NCBI RefSeq assembly: GCF_006345805.1
Contig: NC_043023.1
Location: 6,572,100 to 6,636,000 of the forward strand
Direction of reading: 5' to 3'
DNA from: Octopus sinensis
Lineage: Eukaryota
Length of the DNA: 63,901 bases
Of this stretch, positions 12,146-25,500 are shown piece by piece. Position numbers and translations under genes: made by a program. Position 1 is the first letter of the stretch; every line of letters starts with the position of its first letter. The notes under the pieces were generated by a model. That model was not told the origin of the DNA and did not search any database. It worked only from the letters and a program-made list of their open reading frames with translations.

Positions 12146-12405
12146 GTTTGTTTGTGTGTGTAGTGATGTGTATATATACGTGTGTGTCTTAGTGTCTGTG
12201 TTTGTCCCTACCATTGCTTGACAACCGGTGTTGGTGAGTTTATGTCCTTGTAACTTAGTGCTTCAGTGAAAGACACCAATAGAATAAGTACCAGGCTTTA
12301 AAAATATAAATAAGCATCAGGGTTGATTTGTTTGACAAAACATTCTTCAAGGAGATGTCCCAGCATGGCCGCAGTCGAATGACTAAATGAAGCCAAAGAA
12401 TAAAT
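11665..12405 (+). mobile_element. SINE family A, split by an inverted-repeat element in its central (TA)n
   Basis: Head 11665-11825 and tail 12190-12405 match other copies. Confidence 0.85.
11845..12095. repeat. Fold-back (inverted-repeat) element in (TA)n, ~75-bp arms; diverged relative at 45151-45490
   Basis: AAAATATTATTAGAGACAAAACCACT... versus ...AGTGGTTTTGTCTCTAATAATATTTT; shared TTTTTCCCTGTAA..ATTCCCTA tail. Confidence 0.8.
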
Positions 12406-12409
12406 ATGT

Positions 12410-12580
12410 ACTCTTGTGTCTGGAGAGAGTCCTTTTCTTTTTGTGCCTTATAATATAACACACTCACCGGTAAAATTTCCACTTATTTCTTATTTTTGTT
12501 TCCCTAAGATTTTTGTTGCGTCTTGCAACCTTTTCAATAGTCTTGACTCTGTCCGTTATTTACACTGCGTTGCTTTTTTT
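12410..12580 (+). repeat. Interspersed repeat, probable PLE terminal region; copies at 14755-14860 (-) and 63705-63901 (+)
   Basis: Shared ACACACTCACCG(G)TAAAATTTCCACTTATTTCTT..TTGTTGCGTCTTGC block; the 14.8 kb copy abuts a GIY-YIG fragment. Confidence 0.65.
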
Positions 12581-12614
12581 TGTTTGTTTGTTTGTGCGCA
12601 TGCGTGTGGGTCAG

Positions 12615-13400
12615 TGTGTATGTGTGCCTATGCATGCATGCATGTATGTATGTGTGTGTGTATATGTGTGTGTGTATGTATGTATGTGTGTATGTAGGTA
12701 TGTGTGTATGTATGTATGTATTGTATGTATGTATGCATGTATGTATGCATGTATGTATGTGTGTATGTATGTATGTATGTATGTATGTATGTATGTATGT
12801 ATGTATGTATGTATGTGTGTATGTGTGAATGTATGTGTGTATGTAGGTATGTGTGTATGTATGTATGCATGTATGTATGTATGAATGTATGTATGTATGT
12901 GTGAATGTATGTATGTATGTATGTATGTATGTATGTATGTGTGTATGTGTGAATGTATGTGTGTATGTAGGTATGTGTGTATGTATGTATGCATGTATGT
13001 ATGTATGTATGTATGTATGTATGTGTGTATGCATGCATGTATGTATGTATGTAGGTATGTGTGTATGTATGTATGCATGTATGTATGTATGTATGTATGT
13101 GTGTATGTATGTATGTATGTATGTAGGTATGTGTGTATGCATGTATGTATGTATGTATGTATGTATGTATGTATGTATGTATGTATGTGTGTATGTGTGT
13201 ATGCATGTATGTATGTATGTATGTATGTATGTGTGTATGTATGTATGTATGTATGTATGTACGTATAAATGTATGTATGCACGTATGTATGTATGCATGT
13301 ATGTGTGTATGTATGTATGCATGTATGTATGTGTGTATGTGTGAATGTATGTGTGTGTATGCATATGTATATATGTATGTGTGTGCATCTGTATGTATGT
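12615..13400. repeat. (TATG)n-based microsatellite
   Basis: Direct reading. Confidence 0.95.
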
Positions 13401-13569
13401 ATCCTGCATATTCCCGTGCTTGCATGTCCGTGTGTGTGTGTTTTAATGTATGTGTGTGTGTGAGCGTGTGTTTGTATACGTATGCACCTCTGTCTCCTTG
13501 TGTGTGCATGTCTGTGTATGCGAGTGTGTTGCAACTACGTACCATGTTTGTATGTTTGTATGCATCTTT

Positions 13570-13731
13570 ATATGTGTGGACACGTGTCTCCATATGTGTG
13601 GACACGTGTCTCCATATGTGTGGACACGTGTCTCCATATGTGTGGACACGTGTCTCCATATGTGTGGACACGTGTCTCCATATGTGTGGACACGTGTCTC
13701 CATATGTGTGGACACGTGTCTCCATATGTGT
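13570..13731. repeat. 22-bp minisatellite, 7 copies
   Basis: Unit ATATGTGTGGACACGTGTCTCC. Confidence 0.97.
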
Positions 13732-13893
13732 CCCTGCATGGAGTAAAGTGTGTGTGTATATATTGTCATGTGTTTCAGTCTCCATTTGCATATGTGTGCT
13801 CGTCTGTTCATATAACCTATGTACCTATTCGTCTGTATGCTGATTTCTTTATTTTCATATCCATATGCTTACATACATGTGCATATATATACT

Positions 13894-14372
13894 TCATCAT
13901 CATCATTGTTCGACTGTGGTCGAGACAATGGAATTTACCATGCTACGCCAGACTTCACGGTCCATCATGGCATTACGGAGGTCCTGTTGCTGGATGCCTG
14001 TATCCCTGGAGATTACATCAGGGTAGGACAGTGTGCGCCCTCTGGTATTGTGAGTAGATGGCTTCCAGAGGAGAAGAGTAGAAATTACCTCTTTTTCAGC
14101 TCTACAACAATGTCCAGCAAACTGGACTCTCCTACCTTTCACAAGAGATGACACAGGTGGTAGTTTCCCATATATTTGCATTTTGGTGGATGACGCTTCC
14201 ACGAGAGAATTTTGAGCTCTCATAAGGAGGCGAGTATAGGTTCCATCCAACCGCCTCTCAAGCTTCTTTAAAAACGTCCAGGTTTCTGAGCCATATAGTA
14301 GAATTGTTTCGACTGTGGCTTTGAAGATTTCAAGTTTGAAGTCTCTACTTAGATTTGATGACCAGATCTGAT
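13894..14372 (-). mobile_element. RTE-clade LINE 3' fragment
   Basis: IWSSNLSRDFKLEIFKATVETILLYGSETWT..RRVQFAGHCCR..AMMDREVWR, ending in a (TGA)n tail. Confidence 0.88.
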
Positions 14373-14519
14373 ACCTGCATATACACATATATACATACCC
14401 CCCCACACACACACACATACATACACACATAAATACATCTATCTACCTAACAGTGCACTAACTATTCTACTCTACCTGTTTAAACTGTAGGTATGGGGGT
14501 ATGGAGGTATCTACTATGT

Positions 14520-14735
14520 ATATTTCCTATTTAGTATTGGGAAATTTCATTTATAAGAACGTACTCCTGTATTTGTCTGAGTGTTGGGTCCTTTGGGTGC
14601 TTGGATAAGATGCGGATGTCAAGTTGACCCAGGTTGCCTCCATGTTGGTCCTTGGCATGTTGGTAGAGTATGGAGGACTGTTTTTTTGTCGTCATATTGT
14701 CTCAGATATTCATTTAGTCGTTCCGCAATGCTCCT
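14520..14735 (-). pseudogene. Penelope-like GIY-YIG endonuclease C-terminal fragment (second PLE family)
   Basis: RSIAERLNEYLRQYDDKK/SSILYQHAKDQHGG..IRILSKHPKDPTLRQIQEYVLI. Confidence 0.65.
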
Positions 14736-14883
14736 ATAAGGCACAAAACGAATTATAAGGCACAAAAAGAAAATGACTCTCCTTAGACACAACAGAATAT
14801 GCTTCAACACATGAATTCACATAAAGAATCTAGCAAACATAATCCAAAAACGAAAAATAGATATATAAATATAAATATACACA

Positions 14884-15736
14884 TATGGACTGATCAATAA
14901 GTATCCGGACTTTTGCCATAGTAACGAAGAGTAAAGCCACTTGGCAAAGATTGACCTTGAACTCTGCTGAGCTCACTTCCGTTGTTTATAGCGGTGCTTG
15001 GAAGGAAGGTGTGTAGCGTGTGGTTGTCGCATTCACCGTGACAGAGAAAGTTGTCATGGTGATATCTGCTCAGAAGCCTACGCAAAGTTGCAGAAAGTCT
15101 TTGGAGAGGAGTGTGTGTGCCGCACACAAGTGTACGCGTGGTTCAAACGTTTCTAAGATAGCGGGAAAATCTCGATATTGACGAACGTTCTGGGAGACTC
15201 GCAACAAGCAGAACTGAGAAAAACATCGCAGATGTGTGTGCAGTTGTGAGGGGCAACCGTCGAATCACCATCCGAGAATTATCAAAGGATATGCAGATTA
15301 GCTACGGTTCAGTTCAGTCCATTATCACTGAAGATTTTGGAATGAGATGCGTGACTGCAAATGTTGCGCTAAAACTGCTTTAAGCTAACCAAAAGGACAC
15401 TCAGGTTTCGGTTGCACAAGATCTCCTTTATTGTGTCGAGAATGATGTAAACTGCTGAAAATTTGCGTAGGCCTCTGAGCAGGTATTGTCAAGCTTTTGG
15501 CAAAATTTGATGCAGATTCTCTGCACAGCTTTCTCTGTCATAGTCAATGCGACGATCACACGCTACATACCTTCCTTCCAAGCACTGCTGTAAACAGCGG
15601 GAGTGAGATATAACGTTAAAACTTGGTGCACATGCACAGCAGAGTGTAAGGTCGATCTGTGCCAAGCGGATCCACGCTGCATGCTTCCACTTCGTTACTA
15701 TGGCAACAGTCCAGACACTTATTGATCGGACCACTT
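14884..15736 (+). mobile_element. Non-autonomous mariner with long inverted ends and an N-terminal HTH remnant
   Basis: TIR GATCAATAAGTATCCGGACTTTTGCCATAGTAACGAAG and its reverse complement at 15690-15730; RTQVYAWFKRF..DERSGR..NRRITIRELS..SYGSVQSII. Confidence 0.88.
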
Positions 15737-16019
15737 ATGTGCGACTAGTGTGTTATAAACACCTTCATTGCTTGAAATAAGAGTTAAAATGCTTTACTGC
15801 TATAGTCAACGCATATAATTATGTGCATACATACAGACGGAGACTGTGATACCGTAAACCCTCGAGTATAGTCCGCCCTTGAGTGTAAGATGCAATCTTC
15901 TCATCAGGAAAGAAAGGGAGCCTCTCTCAACAACAAGATGATATAATAATTACGATGACTGCCTACATGATATATATATATATATATAAATGTATGTATA
16001 TATGCATCCGTTTATATAT

Positions 16020-16200
16020 TATTTTGTTATATATATATATATAAAGGGAAAGTTTACGAAAATAAACAAAAGACGAAGGCAGGTGGTGTAGAAAATAAAC
16101 AGATGTATTAGTATAACGCTCAGGAATTTAAAAAGTCTTTTACGTTTCGAGCCTACGCTCTTCGACAGAAAGATACACAGACAAAAACAAGAAGAAAAAA
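16020..16200 (-). repeat. Interspersed repeat in (TA)n with a hammerhead-like motif (16136-16173); second copy 61296-61460 (+)
   Basis: Near-identical reverse-complement copies; TCTTT-CTGTCGA-A-GAGC(G/A)TAGGCTC-GAAAC-GTA-AAAGA. Confidence 0.75.
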
Positions 16201-16213
16201 AAGTGTGTAGTAG

Positions 16214-16250
<37 letters not shown>

Positions 16251-16383
16251 GTTTTGGTCTGTTTTGGTTTGATTTCTACAGCTGGGCGCCCTTCTGCCCT
16301 TCTTAACGTCAACCACTTTACGGAGTGTACTGAGTGTTTTTTACGTGTCCCCATCACCCGTGCTTTTTACATGGCGTCAGCAT

Positions 16384-16560
16384 GTGCTTTTTACGTGGCA
16401 CCATCACTAGTGCTTTTTACGTGGCACCATCACTAGTGCTTTTTACGTGGCACCATCACTAGTGCTTTTTACGTGGCACCATCACTAGTGCTTTTTACGT
16501 GGCACCATCACTAGTGCTTTTTACGTGGCACCATCACTAGTGCTTTTTGTGTAGCCTCAT
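16384..16560. repeat. 26-bp variant array (GTGCTTTTTACGTGGCACCATCACTA), ~6 copies
   Basis: Direct reading. Confidence 0.95.
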
Positions 16561-16594
16561 CACCAGTGCTTTTTAAGTGGCATCAGCACCAGTG

Positions 16595-19500
16595 CCTTTT
16601 ATGTGGGACCAGCCCCAATGCTTTTTATGTGGCACCAGCCCCAATGCTTTTTATGTGGGACCAGCCCCAATGCTTTTATGTGGGACCAGCCCCAATGCTT
16701 TTTATGTGGGACCAGCCCCAATGCTTTTTATGTGGGACCAGCCCCAATGCTTTTTATGTGGGACCAGCCCCAATGCTTTTTATGTGGGCCAGCCCAATGC
16801 TTTTTATGTGGGACCAGCCCCAATGCTTTTCACGTGACACCAGCATCAGTGCTTTTTACGTGGCACCAGCCCCAATGCTTTTTATGTGGGACCAGCCCCA
16901 ATGCTTTTTATGTGGGACCAGCCCCAATGCTTTTTATGTGGGACCAGCCCCAATGCTTTTTATGTGGGACCAGCCCCAATGCTTTTTATGTGGGACCAGC
17001 CCCAATGCTTTTTATGTGGGACCAGCCCAATGCTTTTTATGTGGGACCAGCCCCAATGCTTTTTATGTGGGACCAGCCCCAATGCTTTTTATGTGGGACC
17101 AGCCCCAATGCTTTTTACGTGGCACCAGCCCCAATGCTTTTTATGTGGGACCAGCCCCAATGCTTTTTATGTGGGACCAGCCCCAATGCTTTTATGTGGG
17201 ACCAGCCCCATGCTTTTTATGTGGGACCAGCCCCAATGCTTTTTATGTGGGACCAGCCCCAATGCTTTTTATGTGGGACCAGCCCCAATGCTTTTTATGT
17301 GGGACCAGCCCCAATGCTTTTTATGTGGGACCAGCCCCAATGCTTTTTATGTGGGACCAGCCCCAATGCTTTTTATGTGGGACCAGCCCCAATGCTTTTT
17401 ATGTGGGACCAGCCCCAATGCTTTTTATGTGGGACCAGCCCCAATGCTTTTTATGTGGCACCAGCCCCAATGCTTTTTATGTGGGACCAGCCCCAATGCT
17501 TTTTATGTGGACCAGCCCCAATGCTTTTTATGTGGGACCAGCCCCAATGCTTTTATGTGGGACCAGCCCAATGCTTTTTATGTGGGACCAGCCCCAATGC
17601 TTTTATGTGGGACCAGCCCCAATGCTTTTTATGTGGGACCAGCCCCAATGCTTTTTATGTGGGACCAGCCCCAATGCTTTTTATGTGGGACCAGCCCCAA
17701 TGCTTTTTATGTGGGACCAGCCCCAATGCTTTTTATGTGGGACCAGCCCCAATGCTTTTTGTGGGACCAGCCCCAATGCTTTTTATGTGGGACCAGCCCC
17801 AATGCTTTTTATGTGGGACCAGCCCCAATGCTTTTTATGTGGGACAGCCCCAATGCTTTTTATGTGGGACCAGCCCCAATGCTTTTTATGTGGGCCAGCC
17901 CCAATGCTTTTTATGTGGGACCAGCCCCAATGCTTTTTATGTGGACCAGCCCCAATGCTTTTTATGTGGGACCAGCCCCAATGCTTTTTATGTGGGACCA
18001 GCCCCAATGCTTTTTATGTGGGACCAGCCCCAATGCTTTTTTGTGGGACCAGCCCCAATGCTTCTTATGTGGGACCAGCCCCAATGCTTTTTATGTGGCA
18101 CCAGCCCCAATGCTTTTTATGTGGGACCACCCCAATGCTTTTTATGTGGACCAGCCCCAATGCTTTTTATGTGGGACCAGCCCCAATGCTTTTTATGTGG
18201 GACCAGCCCCAATGCTTTTTATGTGGGACCAGCCCCAATGCTTTTTATGTGGGCCAGCCCCAATGCTTTTTATGTGGCACCAGCCCCAATGCTTTTTATG
18301 TGGGACCAGCCCCAATGCTTTTTATGTGGGACCAGCCCCAATGCTTTTTATGTGGACCAGCCCCAATGCTTTTTATGTGGGAACCAGCCCCAATGCTTTT
18401 TTATGTGGGACCAGCCCCAATGCTTTTTATGTGGGACCAGCCCAATGCTTTTATGTGGGACCAGCCCAATGCTTTTTATGTGGGACCACCCCAATGCTTT
18501 TTATGTGGACCAGCCCCAATGCTTTTTTGTGGGACCAGCCCCAATGCTTTTATGTGGACCAGCCCCAATGCTTTTTATGTGGGACCAGCCCCAATGCTTT
18601 TTATGTGGACCAGCCCCAATGCTTTTTATGTGGGACCAGCCCCAATGCTTTTTATGTGGGCCAGCCCCAATGCTTTTATGTGGGACCAGCCCCAATGCTT
18701 TTATGTGGGACCAGCCCCAATGCTTTTTATGTGGGACCAGCCCCAATGCTTTTATGTGGGACCAGCCCCAATGCTTTTTATGTGGGACCAGCCCCATGCT
18801 TTTTATGTGGGACCAGCCCCAATGCTTTTATGTGGGACCACCCCAATGCTTTTATGTGGGACCAGCCCCAATGCTTTTTATGTGGGACCAGCCCAATGCT
18901 TTTATGTGGGACCAGCCCCAATGCTTTTATGTGGGACCAGCCCCAATGCTTTTTATGTGGGACCAGCCCCAATGCTTTTATGTGGACCAGCCCCAATGCT
19001 TTTTATGTGGGACCAGCCCCAATGCTTTTTATGTGGGACCAGCCCAATGCTTTTTATGTGGACCAGCCCCAATGCTTTTTATGTGGACCAGCCCCAATGC
19101 TTTTTATGTGGGACCAGCCCCAATGCTTTTATGTGGGACCAGCCCAATGCTTTTTATGTGGCACCAGCCCAATGCTTTTTATGTGGGACCAGCCCCAATG
19201 CTTTTTATGTGGGACCAGCCCCAATGCTTTTTATGTGGGACCAGCCCAATGCTTTTTATGTGGGACCAGCCCCAATGCTTTTTATGTGGGACCAGCCCAA
19301 TGCTTTTATGTGGACCAGCCCCAATGCTTTTATGTGGGACCAGCCCCAATGCTTTTTATGTGGGACCAGCCCAATGCTTTTTATGTGGGACCAGCCCCAA
19401 TGCTTTTTATGTGTGGACCAGCCCCAATGCTTTTTATGGGGACCAGCCCCAATGCTTTTATGTGGACCAGCCCCAATGCTTTTATGTGGGACCAGCCCCA

Positions 19501-22500
19501 ATGCTTTTTATGTGGACCAGCCCCAATGCTTTTATGTGGGACCAGCCCCAATGCTTTTTATGTGGGACCAGCCCAATGCTTTTATGTGGGACCCGCCCCA
19601 CCCAATGCTTTTTATGTGGGACCAGCCCCAATGCTTTTTATGTGGGACCAGCCCCAATGCTTTTTATGTGGGACAGCCCCAATGCTTTTTACGTGACCAC
19701 CAGCCCCAATGCTTTTTAGTGGGACCAGCCCCATGCTTTTTATGTGGGACCAGCCCCAATGCTTTTTATGTGGGACCAGCCCAATGCTTTTTATGTGGGA
19801 CCAGCCCCAATGCTTTTTATGTGGGACCAGCCCCAATGCTTTTTATGTGGCACCAGCCCCAATGCTTTTTATGTGGGACCAGCCCCAATGCTTTTTATGT
19901 GGGACCAGCCCCAATGCTTTTTTATGTGGCACCAGCCCCAATGCTTTTTATGTGGGACCAGCCCCAATGCTTTTATGTGGGACCAGCCCCAATGCTTTTA
20001 TGTGGGACCAGCCCCAATGCTTTTTATGTGGACCAGCCCCAATGCTTTTTATGTGGGACCAGCCCCAATGCTTTTACGTGACACCAGCCCCCCAATGCTT
20101 TTACGTGACACCAGCCCCAATGCTTTTTATGTGGGACCAGCCCCAATGCTTTTTATGTGGGACCAGCCCCAATGCTTTTTATGTGGGACCAGCCCCAATG
20201 CTTTTTATGTGGGACCAGCCCCAATGCTTTTTATGTGGCACCAGCCCCAATGCTTTTTATGTGGGACCAGCCCCAATGCTTTTTATGTGGCACCAGCCCC
20301 AATGCTTTTTATGTGGGACCAGCCCCAATGCTTTTTACGTGACACCAGCCCCAATGCTTTTTATGTGGGACCAGCCCCAATGCTTTTTATGTGGGACCAG
20401 CCCCAATGCTTTTTATGTGGGACCAGCCCCAATGCTTTTTATGTGGGACCAGCCCCAATGCTTTTTATGTGGGACCCGCCCCAATGCTTTTTATGTGGGA
20501 CCAGCCCCAATGCTTTTTATGTGGGACCAGCCCCAATGCTTTTTATGTGGGACCAGCCCCAATGCTTTTTACGTGACACCAGCCCCAATGCTTTTTATGT
20601 GACCACCAGCCCCAATGCTTTTTATGTGGACCAGCCCCAATGCTTTTTATGTGGCACCAGCCCCAATGCTTTTTATGTGGGACCAGCCCAATGCTTTTAT
20701 GTGGGACCAGCCCCAATGCTTTTTATGTGGGACCAGCCCCAATGCTTTTTATGTGGGACCAGCCCCAATGCTTTTTATGTGTGGGACCAGCCCCAATGCT
20801 TTTTATGTGGGACCAGCCCCAATGCTTTTTATGTGGGACCAGCCCCAATGCTTTTCACGTGACACCAGCATCAGTGCTTTTTATGGCACCAGCCCCAATG
20901 CTTTTTATGTGGGACCAGCCCCAATGCTTTTATGTGGGACCAGCCCCAATGCTTTTTATGTGGGACCAGCCCCAATGCTTTTTATGTGGGACCAGCCCCA
21001 ATGCTTTTTATGGGGACCAGCCCCAATGCTTTTTATGTGGGACCAGCCCCAATGCTTTTTTGTGGGACCAGCCCCAATGCTTTTTATGTGGGACCAGCCC
21101 CAATGCTTTTTATGTGGGACCAGCCCCAATGCTTTTTATGTGGGACCAGCCCCAATGCTTTTTATGTGGGACCAGCCCCAATGCTTTTTATGTGGGACCA
21201 GCCCCAATGCTTTTTATGTGGGACCAGCCCCAATGCTTTTCACGTGACACCAGCATCAGTGCTTTTTACGTGGCACCAGCCCCAATGCTTTTTATGTGGG
21301 ACCAGCCCCAATGCTTTTTATGTGGGACCAGCCCCAATGCTTTTTATGTGGGACCAGCCCCAATGCTTTTTATGTGGGACCAGCCCCAATGCTTTTTATG
21401 TGGGACCAGCCCCAATGCTTTTTATGTGGGACCAGCCCCAATGCTTTTTATGTGGGACCAGCCCCAATGCTTTTTATGTGGGACCAGCCCCAATGCTTTT
21501 TATGTGGGACCAGCCCCAATGCTTTTTATGTGGGACCAGCCCCAATGCTTTTTATGTGGGACCAGCCCCAATGCTTTTTATGTGGGACCAGCCCCAATGC
21601 TTTTTATGTGGCACCAGCCCCAATGCTTTTTTATGTGAGACCAGCCCAATGCTTTTTATGTGGGACCAGCCCCAATGCTTTTTATGTGGGACCAGCCCCA
21701 ATGCTTTTTATGTGGGACCAGCCCCAATGCTTTTTATGTGGACCAGCCCCAATGCTTTTATGTGGGACCAGCCCCAATGCTTTTATGTGGGACCAGCCCC
21801 AATGCTTTTTATGTGGGACCAGCCCCAATGCTTCTTATGTGGGACCAGCCCAATGCTTTTTATGTGGCACCAGCCCCAATGCTTTTTATGTGGGACCAGC
21901 CCAATGCTTTTTATGTGGGACCAGCCCAATGCTTTTTATGTGGGACCAGCCCCAATGCTTTTTATGTGGGACCAGCCCCAATGCTTTTTATGTGGGACCA
22001 GCCCAATGCTTTTTATGTGGGACCAGCCCCAATGCTTTTTATGTGGCACCAGCCCCAATGCTTTTTATGTGGGACCAGCCCCAATGCTTTTTATGTGGGA
22101 CCAGCCCCAATGCTTTTTATGTGGGACACCAGCCCCAATGCTTTTTATGTGGGACCAGCCCCAATGCTTTTTATGTGGGACCAGCCCCAATGCTTTTTAT
22201 GTGGGACCAGCCCCAATGCTTTTTATGTGGACCAGCCCCATGCTTTTTATGTGGGACCAGCCCCAATGCTTTTTACGTGACACCAGCCCCAATGCTTTTT
22301 ATGTGGGACCAGCCCCAATGCTTTTTATGGGGACCAGCCCCAATGCTTTTTATGTGGGACCAGCCCCAATGCTTTTTATGTGGCACCAGCCCCAATGCTT
22401 TTTATGTGGGACCAGCCCCAATGCTTTTTATGTGGACCAGCCCCAATGCTTTTTATGTGGGACCAGCCCCAATGCTTTTTACGTGACACCAGCCCCAATG

Positions 22501-25500
22501 CTTTTTATGTGGGACCAGCCCAATGCTTTTTATGTGGGACCAGCCCCAATGCTTTTTATGTGGGACCAGCCCCAATGCTTTTTATGTGGGACCAGCCCCA
22601 ATGCTTTTTATGTGGGACCCGCCCCAATGCTTTTTATGTGGGACCAGCCCAATGCTTTTTATGTGGGACCAGCCCCAATGCTTTTTATGTGGGACCAGCC
22701 CCAATGCTTTTATGTGGGACCAGCCCCAATGCTTTTTATGTGGGACCAGCCCCAATGCTTTTTATGTGGGACCAGCCCCAATGCTTTTTATGTGGGACCA
22801 GCCCCAATGCTTTTATGTGGGACCAGCCCCAATGCTTTTTATGTGGGACCAGCCCAATGCTTTTCACGTGACACCCCATCAGTGTTTTACGTGGCACCAG
22901 CCCCAATGCTTTTTATGTGGGACCAGCCCCAATGCTTTTATGTGGGACCAGCCCCAATGCTTTTATGTGGGCCAGCCCCAATGCTTTTTATGTGGGACCA
23001 GCCCCAATGCTTTTATGTGGGACCAGCCCCAATGCTTTTTATGTGGGACCAGCCCCAATGCTTTTTATGTGGGACCAGCCCCAATGCTTTTTATGTGGGA
23101 CCAGCCCCAATGCTTTTTATGTGGGACCAGCCCCAATGCTTTTTATGTGGGACCAGCCCCAATGCTTTTATGTGGGACCAGCCCCAATGCTTTTTATGTG
23201 GGACCAGCCCCAATGCTTTTTATGTGGCACCAGCCCCAATGCTTTTTATGTGAGACCAGCCCCAATGCTTTTTATGTGGGACCAGCCCCAATGCTTTTTA
23301 TGTGGGACCAGCCCCAATGCTTTTTATGTGGGACCAGCCCCAATGCTTTTTATGTGGGACCAGCCCCAATGCTTTTATGTGGGACCAGCCCCAATGCTTT
23401 TTATGTGGGACCAGCCCCAATGCTTTTTATGTGGGACCAGCCCCAATGCTTCTTATGTGGGACCAGCCCCAATGCTTTTTATGTGGCACCAGCCCCAATG
23501 CTTTTTATGTGGGACCAGCCCCAATGCTTTTTATGTGGGACCAGCCCCAATGCTTTTTATGTGGGACCAGCCCCAATGCTTTTTATGTGGGACCAGCCCC
23601 AATGCTTTTTATGTGGGACCAGCCCCAATGCTTTTATGTGGGACCAGCCCAATGCTTTTTATGTGGCACCAGCCCCAATGCTTTTATGTGGGACCAGCCC
23701 CAATGCTTTTTATGGGGCAGCCCAATGCTTTTTATGTGGGACCAGCCCAATGCTTTTTATGTGGGACCAGCCCCAATGCTTTTTATGTGGACCAGCCCCA
23801 ATGCTTTTATGTGGGACCAGCCCCAATGCTTTTTATGTGGGACCAGCCCCAATGCTTTTATGTGGGACCAGCCCCAATGCTTTTTACGTGGACAGCCCCA
23901 ATGCTTTTTATGTGGGACCAGCCCCAATGCTTTTATGTGGGACCAGCCCCAATGCTTTTTATGTGGGACCAGCCCCAATGCTTTTATGTGGCACCAGCCC
24001 CAATGCTTTTTATGTGGGACCAGCCCCAATGCTTTTTATGTGGCACCAGCCCCAATGCTTATGTGGGACCAGCCCCAATGCTTTTTACGTGACACCAGCC
24101 CCAATGCTTTTATGTGGGACCAGCCCCAATGCTTTTTATGTGGGACCAGCCCCAATGCTTTTTATGTGGGACCAGCCCCAATGCTTTTTATGTGGGACCA
24201 GCCCCAATGCTTTTTATGTGGGACCCGCCCCAATGCTTTTTATGTGGGACCCCCCCAATGCTTTTTATGTGGGACCAGCCCCAATGCTTTTTTATGTGGG
24301 ACCAGCCCCAATGCTTTTTATGTGGGACCAGCCCCAATGCTTTTTATGTGGGACCAGCCCAATGCTTTTTATGTGGGACCAGCCCCAATGCTTTTTATGT
24401 GGGACCCGCCCCAATGCTTTTTATGTGGGACCAGCCCAATGCTTTTTATGTGGGACCAGCCCCAATGCTTTTTCGTGACACCAGCCCCAATGCTTTTTAT
24501 GTGGGACCAGCCCCAATGCTTTTTATGTGGCACCAGCCCAATGCTTTTTATGTGGGACCAGCCCCAATGCTTTTTACGTGACACCAGCCCCAATGCTTTT
24601 TATGTGGGACCAGCCCCAATGCTTTTTATGTGGACCAGCCCCAATGCTTTTTATGTGGGACCAGCCCCAATGCTTTTTATGTGGGACCAGCCCCAATGCT
24701 TTTTATGTGGGACCAGCCCCAATGCTTTTTATGTGGACCAGCCCAATGCTTTTTATGTGGGACCACCCCAATGCTTTTTATGTGGGACCAGCCCCAATGC
24801 TTTTTATGTGGGACCAGCCCCAATGCTTTATATGTGGGACCAGCCCCAATGCTTTTTTATGTGGGACCAGCCCCAATGCTTTTTACGTGACACCAGCCCC
24901 AATGCTTTTTATGTGGCACCAGCCCCCCAATGCTTTTTATGTGGGACCAGCCCCAATGCTTTTTACGTGGGACCAGCCCCAATGCTTTTTGTGGGACCAG
25001 CCCCCAATGCTTTTTATGTGGGACCAGCCCCATGCTTTTTATGTGACAGACAGCCCCAATGCTTTTTATGTGGGACCAGCCCCAATGCTTTTTATGTGGG
25101 ACCAGCCCCAATGCTTTTTATGTGGGACCAGCCCCAATGCTTTTTTATGTGGGACCAGCCCCAATGCTTTTTATGTGGGACCAGCCCCAATTCATGCTTT
25201 TTTATGTGTGGGACCAGCCCCAATGCTTTTATGTGGGACAGCCCAATGCTTTTTATGTGGGACCAGCCCCAATGCTTTTTATGTGGGACCAGCCCCAATG
25301 CTTTTTATGTGGGACCAGCCCCAATGCTTTTTACGTGACACCAGCCCCAATGCTTTTTATGTGGGACCAGCCCCAATGCTTTTATGTGGGACCAGCCCCA
25401 ATGCTTTTTATGTGGGACCAGCCCCAATGCTTTTTGTATGTGGGACCAGCCCCAATGCTTTTTATGTGGACCAGCCCCAATGCTTTTTATGTGGGACCAG

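Noticed and set aside
10060-13843. HT/VC/YIHT-repeat ORFs
   Set aside because: Di- and tetranucleotide microsatellite translations
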